Positions 36,080 to 48,596 of a stretch of 64,000 bases of DNA are shown piece after piece. Each line of letters starts with the position of its first letter. The first letter of the stretch is position 1. The notes under the pieces are model-generated. The model made no database searches, was not told the origin of the DNA, and was given only the letters and a program-made list of their open reading frames with translations. Source of the stretch: Chiloscyllium plagiosum (Eukaryota). The DNA lies in NCBI RefSeq assembly GCF_004010195.1, contig NC_057719.1, positions 15,096,974-15,160,973 of the forward strand, in the 5' to 3' direction. The position numbers were made by a program, and so were the translations under genes.

Positions 36080-36586
36080 AGGCAGAAGTGCAGATTCGAG
36101 TCAAGATTATGGTGGTGCTGGAAAAGCACAGCTAGTCAGGTAGCCACCGAGGAGCAGGGAAATCGATGTTTCGGGCAAAAGCCCTTCATCAGAAATGAGG
36201 CTGGGAGTCTCGGCAGTGGAGAGATAAATGGGAGGGGGGGGTGGGGCTGGGGAGAAGGTAGCTGGGAGTGCAGTAGGTGGATGGAGGTGAGGGTAAAGGT
36301 GATAGGTCGGTGAGGACGGTGGAGCAGATAGGTGGGAAGGAAGATTGACAGGTAGGACAAGTCATGAGGATGGTGCTGAGTTGGAAGGTTGGAACTGGGG
36401 TAAGGTGGGGGGGGCGGAGGGGAAATGAGGAAACTGGTGACCCCACCCCACCTCCCTTTTATTTCTCCAACCCTGAGGCTCCCAGCCTTATTCCTGATGA
36501 AGGGCTTTTGCCCAAAACATCGATTTCCCTGCTTCTCAGATGTTGTCTGACCTGCTGAGCTTTTCCAGCACCACTCTAATCTTGAC
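36080..36586 (-). mobile_element. PLE 3' UTR and terminal repeat with an inverted partial copy (36441-36586)
   Basis: Minus hammerhead CUGAUGA-A-GGGC-UUUU-GCCC-GAAA-CAUC at about 36161-36192; inverted copy ctgatgaagggcttttgccc at about 36494. Confidence 0.87.
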
Positions 36587-37924
36587 CCATTGCCAATGTT
36601 GTCAAACTGACTAAATGCGCAGTCTACTGATCATCATGAAATTCACGAACACAGGATTCAGAGGTATTGGAGTCTGACAAATGCAGAAGGATGCCAGTTG
36701 CCCAGTACTTGTGGGGAGATTTGACAGAAGTGGTAAGTGGATCAATCAGCATTCTGGTGAATTGCGAGGCTTTGCCAGCAGTAAAGAAAGGAGGGACCCA
36801 GGGGAGGGCACTGCAGATCCCAAAAATGGTAAATGTTGAATTATATTGCATGAAAAAGAGAAACTCACGTTTAAGTAGCATATTATATATTGTCCAGGAC
36901 ACAGCAGGATCCTAGTCTCCTTCAACATAACACCATGAGATCTTACACATCCACTGAGAGGTCAGTCAGTTTAATCTTAGGACTTCCAGTCATCCTCTCA
37001 GATTTCCACTTTCAGTATCACTTAGACTTTTCTCCCATAGTCTCGAGGGGTTGCTTAGCTCAGTTGGCTGGGCAGGAGGTTTGCTGTGGACTTTCCTTCT
37101 TAACCACTCCCCTCACCCATACATGTGTTAAGTCACATGTAAAATCACCACCAGTTGCCTCGCTGATGAGAGACTAGCCCAATGAGGGCTTTCCCTACTG
37201 ACTTTTCTGTTAAAGTCCTTGGAACTGAACTTAAAGCCACAACATTCCAATCCACAGGCAAGAATATCATTAACTGAGGCACAGCTGCCACTGTGGTTAA
37301 TTGTTGCACATGCTTCACTCAGTGTTTCACTCATTGTCCTTCCTCTGTAGCTTTCTCTCCCTCACTCGCCGTCTATTACAGATGTCATCAGTTAAGATGT
37401 TTACAGTTTCCACTAACAAAACATATGTTATGCTAATCCACTCTTGAGAAAGTTTCAAATGAATTTGCCTTTATTTGGGAAAACCAATATAACCAGGAGA
37501 TAATGTGTTATTGCTGGGAGGTACTGACTCTCATTACGGACAATAATAGTGACTTAAAAATAATTTTCAACTAAATTGTCAATCTTGGTTTGGAAATGGA
37601 GTGTGGATGGAGGAGGCAAATGAGAATCATTCTCACTGTATTAACAACAATGACTGCTTTGTAAATTGACTATCTATAAAATTTACAGGATACGATTGCA
37701 ATATAATTGCTTGTAAAAAAAACCAATATAACCGGGAGATTTTGAATCTCCTCACTTCAGGGGACTGACCCCAAGCTGGCTGGCCACACTGCCAGTGTAT
37801 TGTGTGCAAGTAAATGAAGGGTGACAGGACACCGGCCTCTGTGCAGATATTTCATTAGCACTGCTGCCTCACAGAACTAGGGACATGGGTTCGATTCCAG
37901 CCTTGGGGGACTGCCTGCGTGGAA

Positions 37925-40900
37925 AATAGAACATTACAGCGCGTTGCAGGCCCCTCGGCCCTCGATGTTGCGCTGACCTGTGGAAGCAGTCTGAAGCTCA
38001 TCTAACCTACACTATTCCATTCTCATCCATATGTTTATCCAATGACCATTTAAATGCCCTTAAAGTTGGCGGGTCTACTGCTGTTGCAGGCAGAGCATTC
38101 CACGCCCCTACTATTCTGAGTAAAGAAACTACCTCTGACATTTGTCCTATATCTATCACCCCTCAATTTAAAGCTATGTCCCCTCATGCCAGCCATCGCC
38201 ATCGGAGGAAAAAGGCTCTTACTATCCACCCTATCTCACCCTCTGATTTTCTTGTATGCCTCAATTAAGTCACCTCTAACCCTCTCTCTAATGAAAACAG
38301 CCTCAAGTCCCTCAAACTTTCCTCATAAGACCTTCCCTCCAAAGCAGACAACATCCTAGTAAATCTCGTCTGCACCCTTTCCAAAGCTTTCACATCCATC
38401 CTATAATGCAGTGACCAGAACTGTACACAATACTCCAAGTGCAGCCACACCAGAGTTTTGTACAGCTACAGCATGACCTCATGGCTTTGAAACTCAATCC
38501 CTCTACCAATAAAACCTAACACGCCATATGTGTGCTTAACAACCCTATTAACCTGGGTGGCAACTTTTGGGATCTATGTAAATGGACACCAAGATCTCTC
38601 TGCTCATCTACACTATCAAGAATCTTACCATTTGCCCACCACTCTGTATTCCTGTTATTCCTTTCAAAGTGAATCACCTCATGCTTTTCTGCATTAAACG
38701 CCATTTGCCACTTCTCAATCCAGCTCTGCAGCTTATCTATGTCCTTCTGTAACCTACAACAGCCTTTGACACTATCGACCACTCCACCAATTTTAGTGTT
38801 ATCCACAAATTTACTAAGACATCCTTCTATGCCCTCACCTATGTCATTTATAAAAATGATAAACAGCAGTGGCCCTAAAACAGATCCTTGTGCTACACCA
38901 CTCAAAACTGAAATCTAGGATGAACATTTCACATCAACCACGTACCTATGTCTTCTTTTAGCTAACCAATTTCTGATCCAAATCACTAAATCACCCTCAA
39001 TGCCATGCCTCCGTATTTTGTGCAATAATCTACCGTGGGGAACCTTATCAAATGCCTTACTAAAATCCATATACATCACATCAACTGCTTTGCCCTCATC
39101 CACCTGTTTGGTCACCACCTCAAAGAACTCATTAAGGTTTATGAGGCACAACCTACCCTTCATAACACCATGCTGACTATCCCTATATTTTGTGCAATAA
39201 TCTACCGTGGGGAACCTTATCAAATGCCTTACTAAAATCCATATACATCACATCAACTGCTTTGCCCTCATCCACCTGTTTGGTCACCATCTCAAAGAAC
39301 TCATTAAGGTTTATGAGGCACAACCTACCCTTCACAACACCATGCTGACTATCCCTAATCAACTTAATCCTCTCTAGGTGATTATAAATCCTATCCTTTA
39401 TAATCTTTTCCAACACTTTACTCACAACCGAAGTAAGGCTCACTGGTCTATAATTACTAGGGTTGTCTCTACTCCCCTTCTTGAACAAGGGGACAACATT
39501 TGCTATCATCTAGTCTTCTGGCACTATTCCTATAGAAAACGATGACATAAAGATCAAAGCCAAAGGCTCTGCAATCTCCTCCTTGGCTTCCCAGAGAATC
39601 CTAGGATAAATCCCATCTGGCCCAGGGGACTTATCTATTTTCACACTTTCCAGAATTGCTAACACCTCCTCCTTGCAAGCTTCAATCCTATCTAATCTAG
39701 TAGCCTGTATCTCAATACTGTCTTTAACAACATTGTTTTTTTCCAGTGTGAATACTGACAAAAGATGTTCATTTAGCGTTTTCCCTAGCTCCTTGGTCTC
39801 CATGCACAACTTCCCACTAGTCATTCTTTTATTCCTGAGACACTTATGGAAAGCTTTTGGGTTTTCCTTGATCCTACCTACCCACAACTTCTCATATCCC
39901 ATCCTATCTCTTCTTAGCTCTGTCTTTAGATCTTTCCTGGCTAATTTGTAATTCCTAAGTGCCCTAATTGAGCCTTCACATACCATCCTAACATAAGCCT
40001 TCTTCTTCCTCTTGACAAGAAATTCAACTTCTTTAGTAAACCACGGCTCCCTCGTTCGATCACTTCCTCCCTCCCTGCCTGACAGGTATATATTATCAAG
40101 GACACGCAGTAGCAGTTCCTTGAATACGCTCCACATTTCAATTGCGCCCATGCCCTGCAGTTTCCTTCCCCATCCTATACATCCTAAATCTTGCCTAATC
40201 GCATGACAATTGTGTTTCCCCCAGCAATTACTCTTGCCCTGTGTTATATACCTAGCCCTTTCCAACGCTAAAGTAAACATAACCGAATTGTGGTCACTAT
40301 CACCAAAGTGTTCACTACCAACAAATCTAACACCTGGCCAGGTTCATTAGGTTAGATTAGATTCCCTACTGTGTGGAAACAGGCCCTTCGGTCCAACCAG
40401 TCCACACCGACCCTCCGAAAAGTAACCCACCCAGACCCAATTCCTTCTGACTGATGCACCTAACACTATGGGCAATTTAGCATGGCCAATTCACCTGACC
40501 TGCACAGCTTTGGACTGTGGGAAGAAACCGGAGCACCCGGAGGAAACCCATGCAGACACGGGGAGAATGTGCAAACTCCACACAGACAGTTGCCCAAGGC
40601 TGGAATTGATCCTGTGACCCTGGTGATGTGAGGCAGCAGTGTTAACCATTGAGCCACCGTGCTATCCCAGTACCAAATCCAATGTGGCCTCGCCCCTTGT
40701 TGACCTGTTTACATACTGTGTCAGGAAACCCTCCTGCACACATTGGACAAAAACTGACCCATCTAAAGTATTCGACCTACAGTATTTCCAGTCAATATTT
40801 GGAAAGTTAAAGAGCCCATAACAGGTAACCTGTTACTCTCGTTACTATCCAGAATTATCTTTGCTATCCTTTCCTCTAAATCTCTGGAGATATTCGGAGG

Positions 40901-41495
40901 CCGATAGAAAACTCCCAATAGAGTGGCCTCTCCTTTCCTGTTTCTAACCTCAGTCCATACCACCTCAGTAGACAAGTCCTGAAATGTTCTTTCTGCTACC
41001 GTAATACTGTTCTTGACTAACAATGCCACTCCTCCCCCCTTTTACCATTTTGTCTGTTCTTACTGAAACATCTAAATCCTGGAATCTGCAACAACCATTC
41101 CTATCCCTGCTCTACCGATGTCTCCAAAATGGTCACAACATTGAAGTTCCAGGTACCCATCCATGCTGCAAGTTTACCTACCTTATTCCAGATGCCCCTG
41201 GCATTGAAATAGACACACTTCAAACCACCTCCCTGCTTGCCGGCAAACTCTTGCGACCTTGAAACCATTTTTCTGACCTCACTACTCTCAACCTCCTGGA
41301 CACTAGAGCTACAATTTAGGTTCCCATCCCCCTGCTGAATTAGTTTAAATCCTCCCGAATAGAATTAGCAAATCTACCCCGCCAGGATATTGGTACCCCT
41401 CTGGTTCAGGTATAAACCATCCTGTTTGTAGAGGTCCCACCTACCCCAGAAAGAGCCCCAGTTATCCAGGTATCCAAAACCCTCCCTATGTTGGA
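37925..41495 (-). mobile_element. Near-complete CR1 LINE (ORF1 C-terminus to tail), decayed, with nested HE1 SINE 40347-40664
   Basis: FWGRWDLYKQDGLYLNQRG, GVFYRPPN, KSPGPDGIYPRIL, NYRPVSLTSVV, DFSKAFDKVPH, QGSVLGPLLFIIFIND..KFVDNTK. Confidence 0.96.
39014..39357. repeat. 172-bp tandem duplication within the CR1 RT domain
   Basis: 39014-39185 and 39186-39357 are nearly identical; QHG...DFSKAFDKVPHGRLLHKI appears twice. Confidence 0.95.
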
Positions 41496-42489
41496 CCCAC
41501 TCAAAGTTTGATCTTTGAAGGACATGGGGTCTACTGGAAGGATAGGACCAAAGATGTAGCATGGAACAGTGAAGAGACCACTTACATTCTGTTTTACAGA
41601 GTTGGCCACACAGGACTGAAGGAAGAGATGATCGGATCAGCGGTCCTTCTGCCCCCTGGTAAGATCTCAGTTGCCATGGGCTCAACAAGGTGTTTAAAGG
41701 GAGGCCTGCCAATCTGAAAACGTAAAGGTGATCACAAATTATAGTGATTTAAGGCATCAATACCACATGAAAGTTGCTTTATCATTCCTCAAAATCATTC
41801 ATAACAAGGATAAAGAAAGCCAGATTTTAATGTTGCTTTCAGGAAACTTCCTCAGAAACACCCCTCAATTGGCCTCAGGACCTATTACTTCCCCTCAAGC
41901 CCACTCTCCATGTTGTACAAGCAATGAAGTGGTACATTGTCAGTTCCATGGTTAAGTCCTCTCTTGTGAAACAAAACATCCTTTGACTTATTCTGAACAA
42001 TGGTACTGAACATCTGCTAGCAATACATCAGGAACCACACATATGGTCTGCACAGATGTCACATTTTGATACAAAACATTCCTAAAATGCCATGACCTTC
42101 TGAGCTGTGGCCTGACAGACTGTCAACCACATTCCAATCCACAAAAATATTCAAATCACATAAATTCCAATCAACCTGACTCTACATTTACTTAACAACA
42201 ATGAGATTTGCAACCTACAAGGGCATACCTTCACCTGTGACGTATTGTACACCTGCCTCAGGAAAACAACCTTTGACTAATTCTGAACAATACACATGTC
42301 CCTCATACCTTTGAGTATTTTTTGCTATTCCATTTTGTTTTCCTGTCTGTGTTATATGGGGTGTAAATCAAACAGAGGACACTAGGACTCTGCAGTACCT
42401 GAACTCCAGCTTCATCTATGATTCCAAGCCCTGCATTAATGCCGTTCCTTTCACATGTTGAGGCATGCCCTTTGAAGGAGCTCAGCAAT

Positions 42490-42790
42490 CATATCATAGA
42501 AACCCTCCAGTTCAGCAAGAGGCCATTCGGCCCATCAAGTCTGCTCCAACCCTCTGGGAAACATCCTGCCCAGACTCGGCTCATCCCCGTAACCCTGCTT
42601 AGGGATTTTTACCATATCCAATCTGCACATCTTTGGACTGCGGGAGGAAAACAGAGCACCCAGCAGAAATCCATGCAGACACAGGGAGAATGTACAAATT
42701 CCACACTGTCAGTTCCCAAGTCTGGAATCGAACCTGAGTCCCTGGCACTGTGAGGCAGCAGTGCTAACCACTGAACCAGCATGCAACCCA
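42490..42790 (-). mobile_element. HE1-related SINE
   Basis: ctgcacatctttggactg...tgtgaggcagcagtgctaaccactga. Confidence 0.88.
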
Positions 42791-43257
42791 ATAAAAGGTT
42801 TGGGAATTGGGAGGCTCATCTATTCCTGACAAATGTCAGTTAAGGTGCCTTCATGACAAGTGGAGACTCATTAAAGAGGCCCCAATTCATTGCCACATCA
42901 TTTTGGTACCTGGAGTGGCTGCATGTGAAAACTCTCCACATATTCCAAAAAAACAGTAACCATTCTCCTGGTAAATCTTCTATTCATAATCCAGGTAACA
43001 GGATATTACAGATAGTTATTTTATGTGCAGAGCAAAAATCATGAATGTTTGTTGGATATACAGAGAAAATGCCACATAAATTGTTAATTCTTCTATGCTT
43101 CCAGTGACAATACAGCAAGGATTTCTTAGCAGCTCCAAAAGAAATTCCTGGCCAAGGTTGCTGTTATTTGGCTCCTATTTCTGATTGGAATCATTTGTTA
43201 ACCGGGAGGCAAGGAGCAGTATTTCCAGTGAAAGAGTGGCAGTCGAGATTTCTCAGT

Positions 43258-43780
43258 CTCATGGCTCAAGCTCAGTTAGCTGGTTTATGATATAGGGAAA
43301 TTCCAGCGGTTCAATTCCCACATCAGCTGAGATTAGATTAGATTACTTACAGTGTGGAAACAGGCCCTTCAGCCCAACAAGTCCACACCGACCCTCCGAA
43401 GAGCAAGCCACCCAGACCCATTCCCCACCCAGACCCATTCCCCTGCATTTACCCCTTCACCTAACATTATGGGCAATTTAGCATGGCCAATTCACCTAAC
43501 CTGCACATTTTTGGACTGTGGGAGGAAACTGGAGCACCCGGAGAAAACCCAAGCAGACATGGGAATGTGCAAACTCCACACAGTCAGTCGCCTGAGATGG
43601 GAATTGAACCCAGGTCTCTGGTGTTGTGAGGCAGCAGTGCTAACCATTGTGCCACCATGCCACCCAGGTTACCATGGAGAACTCTCCTTCTCAACCTCTT
43701 CCCTCACCTGAGGTGTGGTGACCCTCAGGTTAAACTCACCACCAGTCATCTCTCTCTAATGTGGTTTGATAGGCCTTTTG
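43258..43780. mobile_element. Second-family SINE (+) interrupted by a full HE1 SINE (43330-43665, -)
   Basis: gctcagttagctgg..ggttcaattccc..gctgag|HE1|aggttaccatgg..accctcaggttaaac. Confidence 0.85.
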
Positions 43781-43787
43781 CAATATT

Positions 43788-44138
43788 AGAATCATAGAAT
43801 CCCTACATATCCAAAAGAGACCATTCAACCCATCGAGTCTGCACCAAGCCTCTGAGCAGCATTCCAGCCAGACTCTACTCTAACCCCACATTTTCCATGA
43901 CTAATCCACTTAGCCCACACATCCCTGGAAACTATGGGGCAATTTAGCATGGCCAATCCACCTAAACTGCACATCTTTGGACTGTGAGAAGAAACCAGAG
44001 TTCCCAGATACACGCACGCACGTGCAGACATGGGGAGAACATGCAAATTCCACACAGACAGTCACCCAAGGCTGGAATCAAACCAAGGTCCCTGGTGCTG
44101 TGAGCTACCAGTGTTAACCACTGAGCTATCATGCCATC
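43788..44138 (-). mobile_element. HE1-related SINE
   Basis: gcaatttagcatggccaatccacctaa..cacacagacagtcacccaaggctggaat. Confidence 0.88.
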
Positions 44139-44299
44139 CTTTAATTTTGTTGACCAATCACAGCAGAGTAAAATGCCACGCTCATAAAATAGTTGCTATT
44201 GTTATTGGCCCAGCATTACCTATGAGCTAAATAGTTCCACCCCACTGAAAACCAGTCTCACTTTCCCACTGTTCATAATGAGCATCATATACAGATCAT

Positions 44300-44680
44300 A
44301 TGTCACTTTGCTCAGTAGCTTCTAAATTACAAGGTTGTGGGTTCAAGTACTACTTCAGCCTATAATCCAGGATGACACAGCATAGCAGTGAGTGAGAGCG
44401 GCTATTATTCAAATACAATGTAACTGAGGCCCAGTTTTCAGAATCAGGTAAATGATCTCAGCTCATTAATTGATGCAAAGAAGGGATGTTTGTCTGGCAA
44501 TGTTCTCTCACTAACCCAACAAATAGAGATTAACTTCATTTATCTCATTGATGGTGTGAGGCTTCACTCAGCACAGAAAATCTTCTCTGATTGCCCCCGT
44601 AGCAACTTCAAAGGAATTCACCAGATGTGTAAAGTGCTGTGGAATGTTTCTGTGAGATTCAATATGGGAGCTATATTTTG
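44300..44680 (+). mobile_element. Ancient Deu-domain SINE (SacSINE1-like)
   Basis: aaggttgtgggttcaagt..aatccagg.tgacac..gaggccc..cttcaaag..tgtaaagtgct follows the Deu-SINE layout; heavily diverged. Further remnants probably at about 36880-37030 and 49470-49680 (-). Confidence 0.6.
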
Positions 44681-45339
44681 TCAACTTGCAGTATGGATTT
44701 TCTGTTCCTTCAATCTCATAATGCTGGTTGGGAAAGGGGGATGGGGAAGAGCAGAAAATAAACTAATGAATCACCTTTTAAGGCATAGTGGCTGTTGTAA
44801 AAGTGGCTATTCATATCCTCAGGTATCAGAAGCACACTGCCCATTGGACTCACTGCAACATATTTTTTCTCTACAATTAAAAGTCATATGTTGTGGGAAT
44901 CTTGCATTCAACAACGTAAGAGATAGTAGCCTCTTCCCATAACAAAATAGTTTCAACTCCACCATACCACACACTTCAGATAAGGCAGGAACAGGATGAT
45001 CAGCCATGATCATATTGAATGGTGGTGCAAGCTCGAAGGGCAGAATGGCCTACTCCTGCACCTATTGTCTATTGTCTATTGTCACCCTCCCCATTTCCTC
45101 CCCGCACCCCCCTTCCTTCTCCCACCCCATACAGAGATGTGAGTTAATGAAAAAGTAACATATGATGTTGATTCCACTCTCAGCCTCTTTCAAATCTCCT
45201 TCTGAGGCCTGATGAGACAAATGATCTCAGATAGACTCTCACCTCCCCCATTGCTTCGCTCACCTCTCATTTTCTTTCTCATGACTCTCTGGAACTCTCT
45301 TCCTCAACATTGTGTGTTCACCTTCCTAAGACTATTTGA

Positions 45340-47240
45340 TCATAAGAAATAGAAACAGAAATAGGCCATTCAGCCCCTCAAGCCTGCTCTGCCATTCATT
45401 GGGATAATGGCTGATCCAACGTTCCTCACATCCACTTTCTTACACTTTCCTCTTAGCTTTTGCTTCCACTACTGATCAAGAATCTATCAATCTCAGCCTT
45501 AAATATATACAAGGCCTCTACTCCCACAGCTCTCTGTGGTAAAAGTTCTAAAGACTCACAACCCTCTGAGAGAAGAAGTTCCTCCTCATCTCAGTCTTAA
45601 TTTTGCATCCATTTATATTGAGATTATGCCCTCTGATTCTAGAATCTTTCATGGGAGGAAATATCTTTTCAAAATTTACCCTGCCAAGCCCCTTAAGAAT
45701 CCCATATGTTTCAATGAGATCACCTCCCACTCTTTTATACCTCAGTGAGTAGAGTCCCAACTTGTTTAGCTTGTGCTCATAAGATGGGTGCAGCTCCAAT
45801 AACATTCAAGAAGCTTAACAACATCCAGGATCAAGAAACCCACTTGATTAGCACCACATCTACAAATATCCACTCCCTCCAGTACTGATACTCCGTAGGA
45901 TCAATGTGAACTATCGACAAGATGCACTGCAGAAGTTCACCAAAGATCTTTGGGCAATGCTTTCCAAACCCATGACCACTTCTATTTGAAAGGACAAGAA
46001 TGGCGGCATGGTGGCTCAGTGCACATTCTCCCCGTGTCTGTGTGGGTTTCATCCGGGTGCTCTGGTTCCCTCCTACAATCCAAAGATGTGCAGGTCAGGT
46101 GAATTGACCATGCTAAATTACCCATGTAGTGTTAGGTGTATTAGTCAGGAGTAAATATAGGATAGAGGAATGAGTCTGGGTGAGTTACTCTTCGGAGGGT
46201 CAGTGTGGACTTATTGGGCTGAAGGGCCTGTTTCCAAAATGTAGGGAATCTAAACTAATCTACTCTAATGGCAGATACAAGGGAACACCACTATCTGAAA
46301 GTTCCCCTCCAAGCCACTCACTATCCTGACTTGGAAATATATTGCCGTTCCTTCACTGCCATTGGACCAAAATCCTGGAATTCCCTCCCTAAGGACATTG
46401 TGGGTTAACCCATGCGAGTGGACTGCAGCAGTTCAAGAAGGTAGCTCACCGTTACCTTCCCAAAGGCAACTAGGGACGGGCAGTAAATGCTGGCCAGCCA
46501 GCAACGCCCAGATCCCATGAATTAATAAAAAAAGGCAATCACTCCATATCAGGGATCATCCTGGTGAACCTTCACTGATATGCCTCCAAAGTACTGATAA
46601 GTTTTACATAGGCGAAAGTGAGGACTGCAGATGCTGGGGATTAGAGTCAAGGGTGTAGTGCTAGAAGCACAGCAGGTTAGGTGGCAACCGAGGTGCCGGA
46701 GAATTGACGTTGCAGGCAAAAGCCCTTCATCAGCCATTCCTGATGAAGGGCTTTTGCCTGAAATGTCGATTCTCCTGTTCCTTGGATGCTGCCTGACCTG
46801 CTGCGCTTTTCCAGTACCACACTCTCGATGATAAATTTCATATGTAGTTGAGCATCAAAGCTGTTCATAATACTCCAGATATGGTCTCACCAGTGCATTG
46901 CTCAGTTGTGGTAAGACTTCCCTACATTCCAACTCTCTTGAAATAAGATCCAATATTCTATTAGCCTTCATGGTTACCTGCTATATCAGTGTGCTTGCTC
47001 TCTGTGTTTCATGTACAAGTGCCCCCATGTCCCTTTGTGTTGCAGCTTCCTGCAGTTTTCTCCATTTAACTAATACTCTGTTCTTTTATTTTCCTGTCCA
47101 AAGTGAGCATCAGACTTTCCAAAATTAAACTCTATTTGCTAACTTTTTGCCCACTTACTTAAACTATTAATATCTCTCTGTCAACTGTTGGTATCCACCT
47201 CGTTATTTGCTTTTCTACCTATTTTGGGGTCATCTGTGTC
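45340..47240 (-). mobile_element. CR1 3' half hosting LINE family B (45785-46533, +, itself containing an HE1 SINE at 46000-46262) and a PLE palindrome
   Basis: LGLYSL..GDLIETYGILKG..RGHNL..FFSQRVV; host split ctcataaga|...|ggcaatcactccata. Confidence 0.88.
46610..46828. mobile_element. Palindromic PLE terminal-repeat insertion (family A)
   Basis: Centre ggcaaaagcccttcatcag-ccattc-ctgatgaagggcttttgcc; degenerate TSD tgataa.ttt..ata on both sides. Confidence 0.87.
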
Positions 47241-47394
47241 ATTCTTTGCAACCTCTCTCTCATGGTGGTGGTAATTTTTTTTCTGTATTGCTTGGTATTT
47301 ATGTTTCTCTTCCTTCATGTCTTGCAAATTGTCCCACAGTTTTAGTTTGCACTCATAATGGTGCAAAATGCTACTAGTTTCACAGAATAACATC

Positions 47395-47565
47395 ACAAAG
47401 GAGAAATGTCTTCATCAAGAGAGTGGTGGAGGCCAAAACACTGCATGTTTTCAAGGAGTCAGATAGGGCTCTTCGGGCTAAAGGGATCAAAAGGTGTGGG
47501 GAGAAAATGAGAACACTCAGTTGGATGATCAGCCATGATCATATTGAATAATGGAGCAGGCTCAA
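47395..47565 (+). mobile_element. CR1 3' end
   Basis: gatcagccatgatcatattgaat..gaatggcctactcctgct tail. Similar solo tails at about 44980-45080 (+), 48685-48830 (-) and 56345-56470 (-). Confidence 0.8.
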
Positions 47566-47749
47566 AGAGGCCGAATGGCCTACTCCTGCTGCCATACAGC
47601 ATGTTTCTAAACAGAGAAAAGAATTTTAATTCCAAGAATACTGATAATGGAGAGTCTATCTCCCATATAACCAATTTTATATCACAGCTTACATTGATCC
47701 CACTGTGCTTAAATCTTTGTGAATGGGTTTTTGACACAGTTAAAGTAGA

Positions 47750-47930
47750 GGAGAAAGTGAGGACTGCAGATGCTGGAGATCAGAGCTGAAAATGTGTTGC
47801 TGGAAAAACGCAGCAGGTCAGGCAGCATCTAAGGAACAGGAGAATCGACAGCTTATGCCCGAAACGTCGATTCTCCTGTTCCTTGGATGCTGCCTGACCT
47901 GCTACGCTTTTCCAGCAACACATTTTCAGC
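47750..47930. mobile_element. Young palindromic PLE terminal-repeat insertion (family A) with 14-15-bp TSD
   Basis: 65-bp inverted arms 47785-47849 and 47866-47930; cacagttaaagtaga at 47735-47749 and 47930-47944. Confidence 0.92.
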
Positions 47931-48571
47931 ACAGTTAAAGTAGAACTCTGACATCTCCCCCATTTCACTTTTATCTAAGCGCTTATTTCCTTCTGAAGTG
48001 ATATCAGAACTCACTATAAATTATAATATTGCCCAACAGCCTTGCACAACTCAAAGTCTAAGGCGGACCCTTCACCTCTTCCCACGTTCTGAATAGAATT
48101 AAAGGAAAGAATAGTTACTCAACCAGTTATCCCTTTCCCCAATGTCACAGTTTCCAACCCCATTCTTAAACTAACTCTTGCTTCTCTTTAATTTGTGAAT
48201 CATTAGCTTGCCTCTATTTTAGCCAGTACTTCACAAAACAGTTCCATGCTCCAAATATACGGGACTGTTGTTTTTTTCATGTTCACTGTCTCCCTGTCCT
48301 CTTTATCTTTGGCTCATTTTTTTCTCAGGTTTATACAGAATTTCACCTTCTGCATTTATTCCTTTTCCTATCACCATTATCCTTTTAAAACATTATCTAA
48401 TCTCTACTTCCAGATATGTCTTATTTTTAAAAAAATTTTGATCATAGGGCTGCTTTGCCCTTCACCCTGTTTTCTCAAAAAAAAAACCTGGTCAACATTC
48501 CTCCCCTCTTTTTACAGTAAGGGTAGGGGGTCTATTAATCAACAGCTCATCAAGGATTGATTAACTTCATG

Positions 48572-48596
48572 CTCTGCAGCCCTCACTTTCTCCTCC
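48572..48596 (+). mobile_element. 25-nt PLE terminal micro-insertion with perfect 15-bp TSD
   Basis: ctctgcagccctcactttctcctcc matches the family A terminus; ttgattaacttcatg at 48557-48571 and 48597-48611. Confidence 0.8.
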
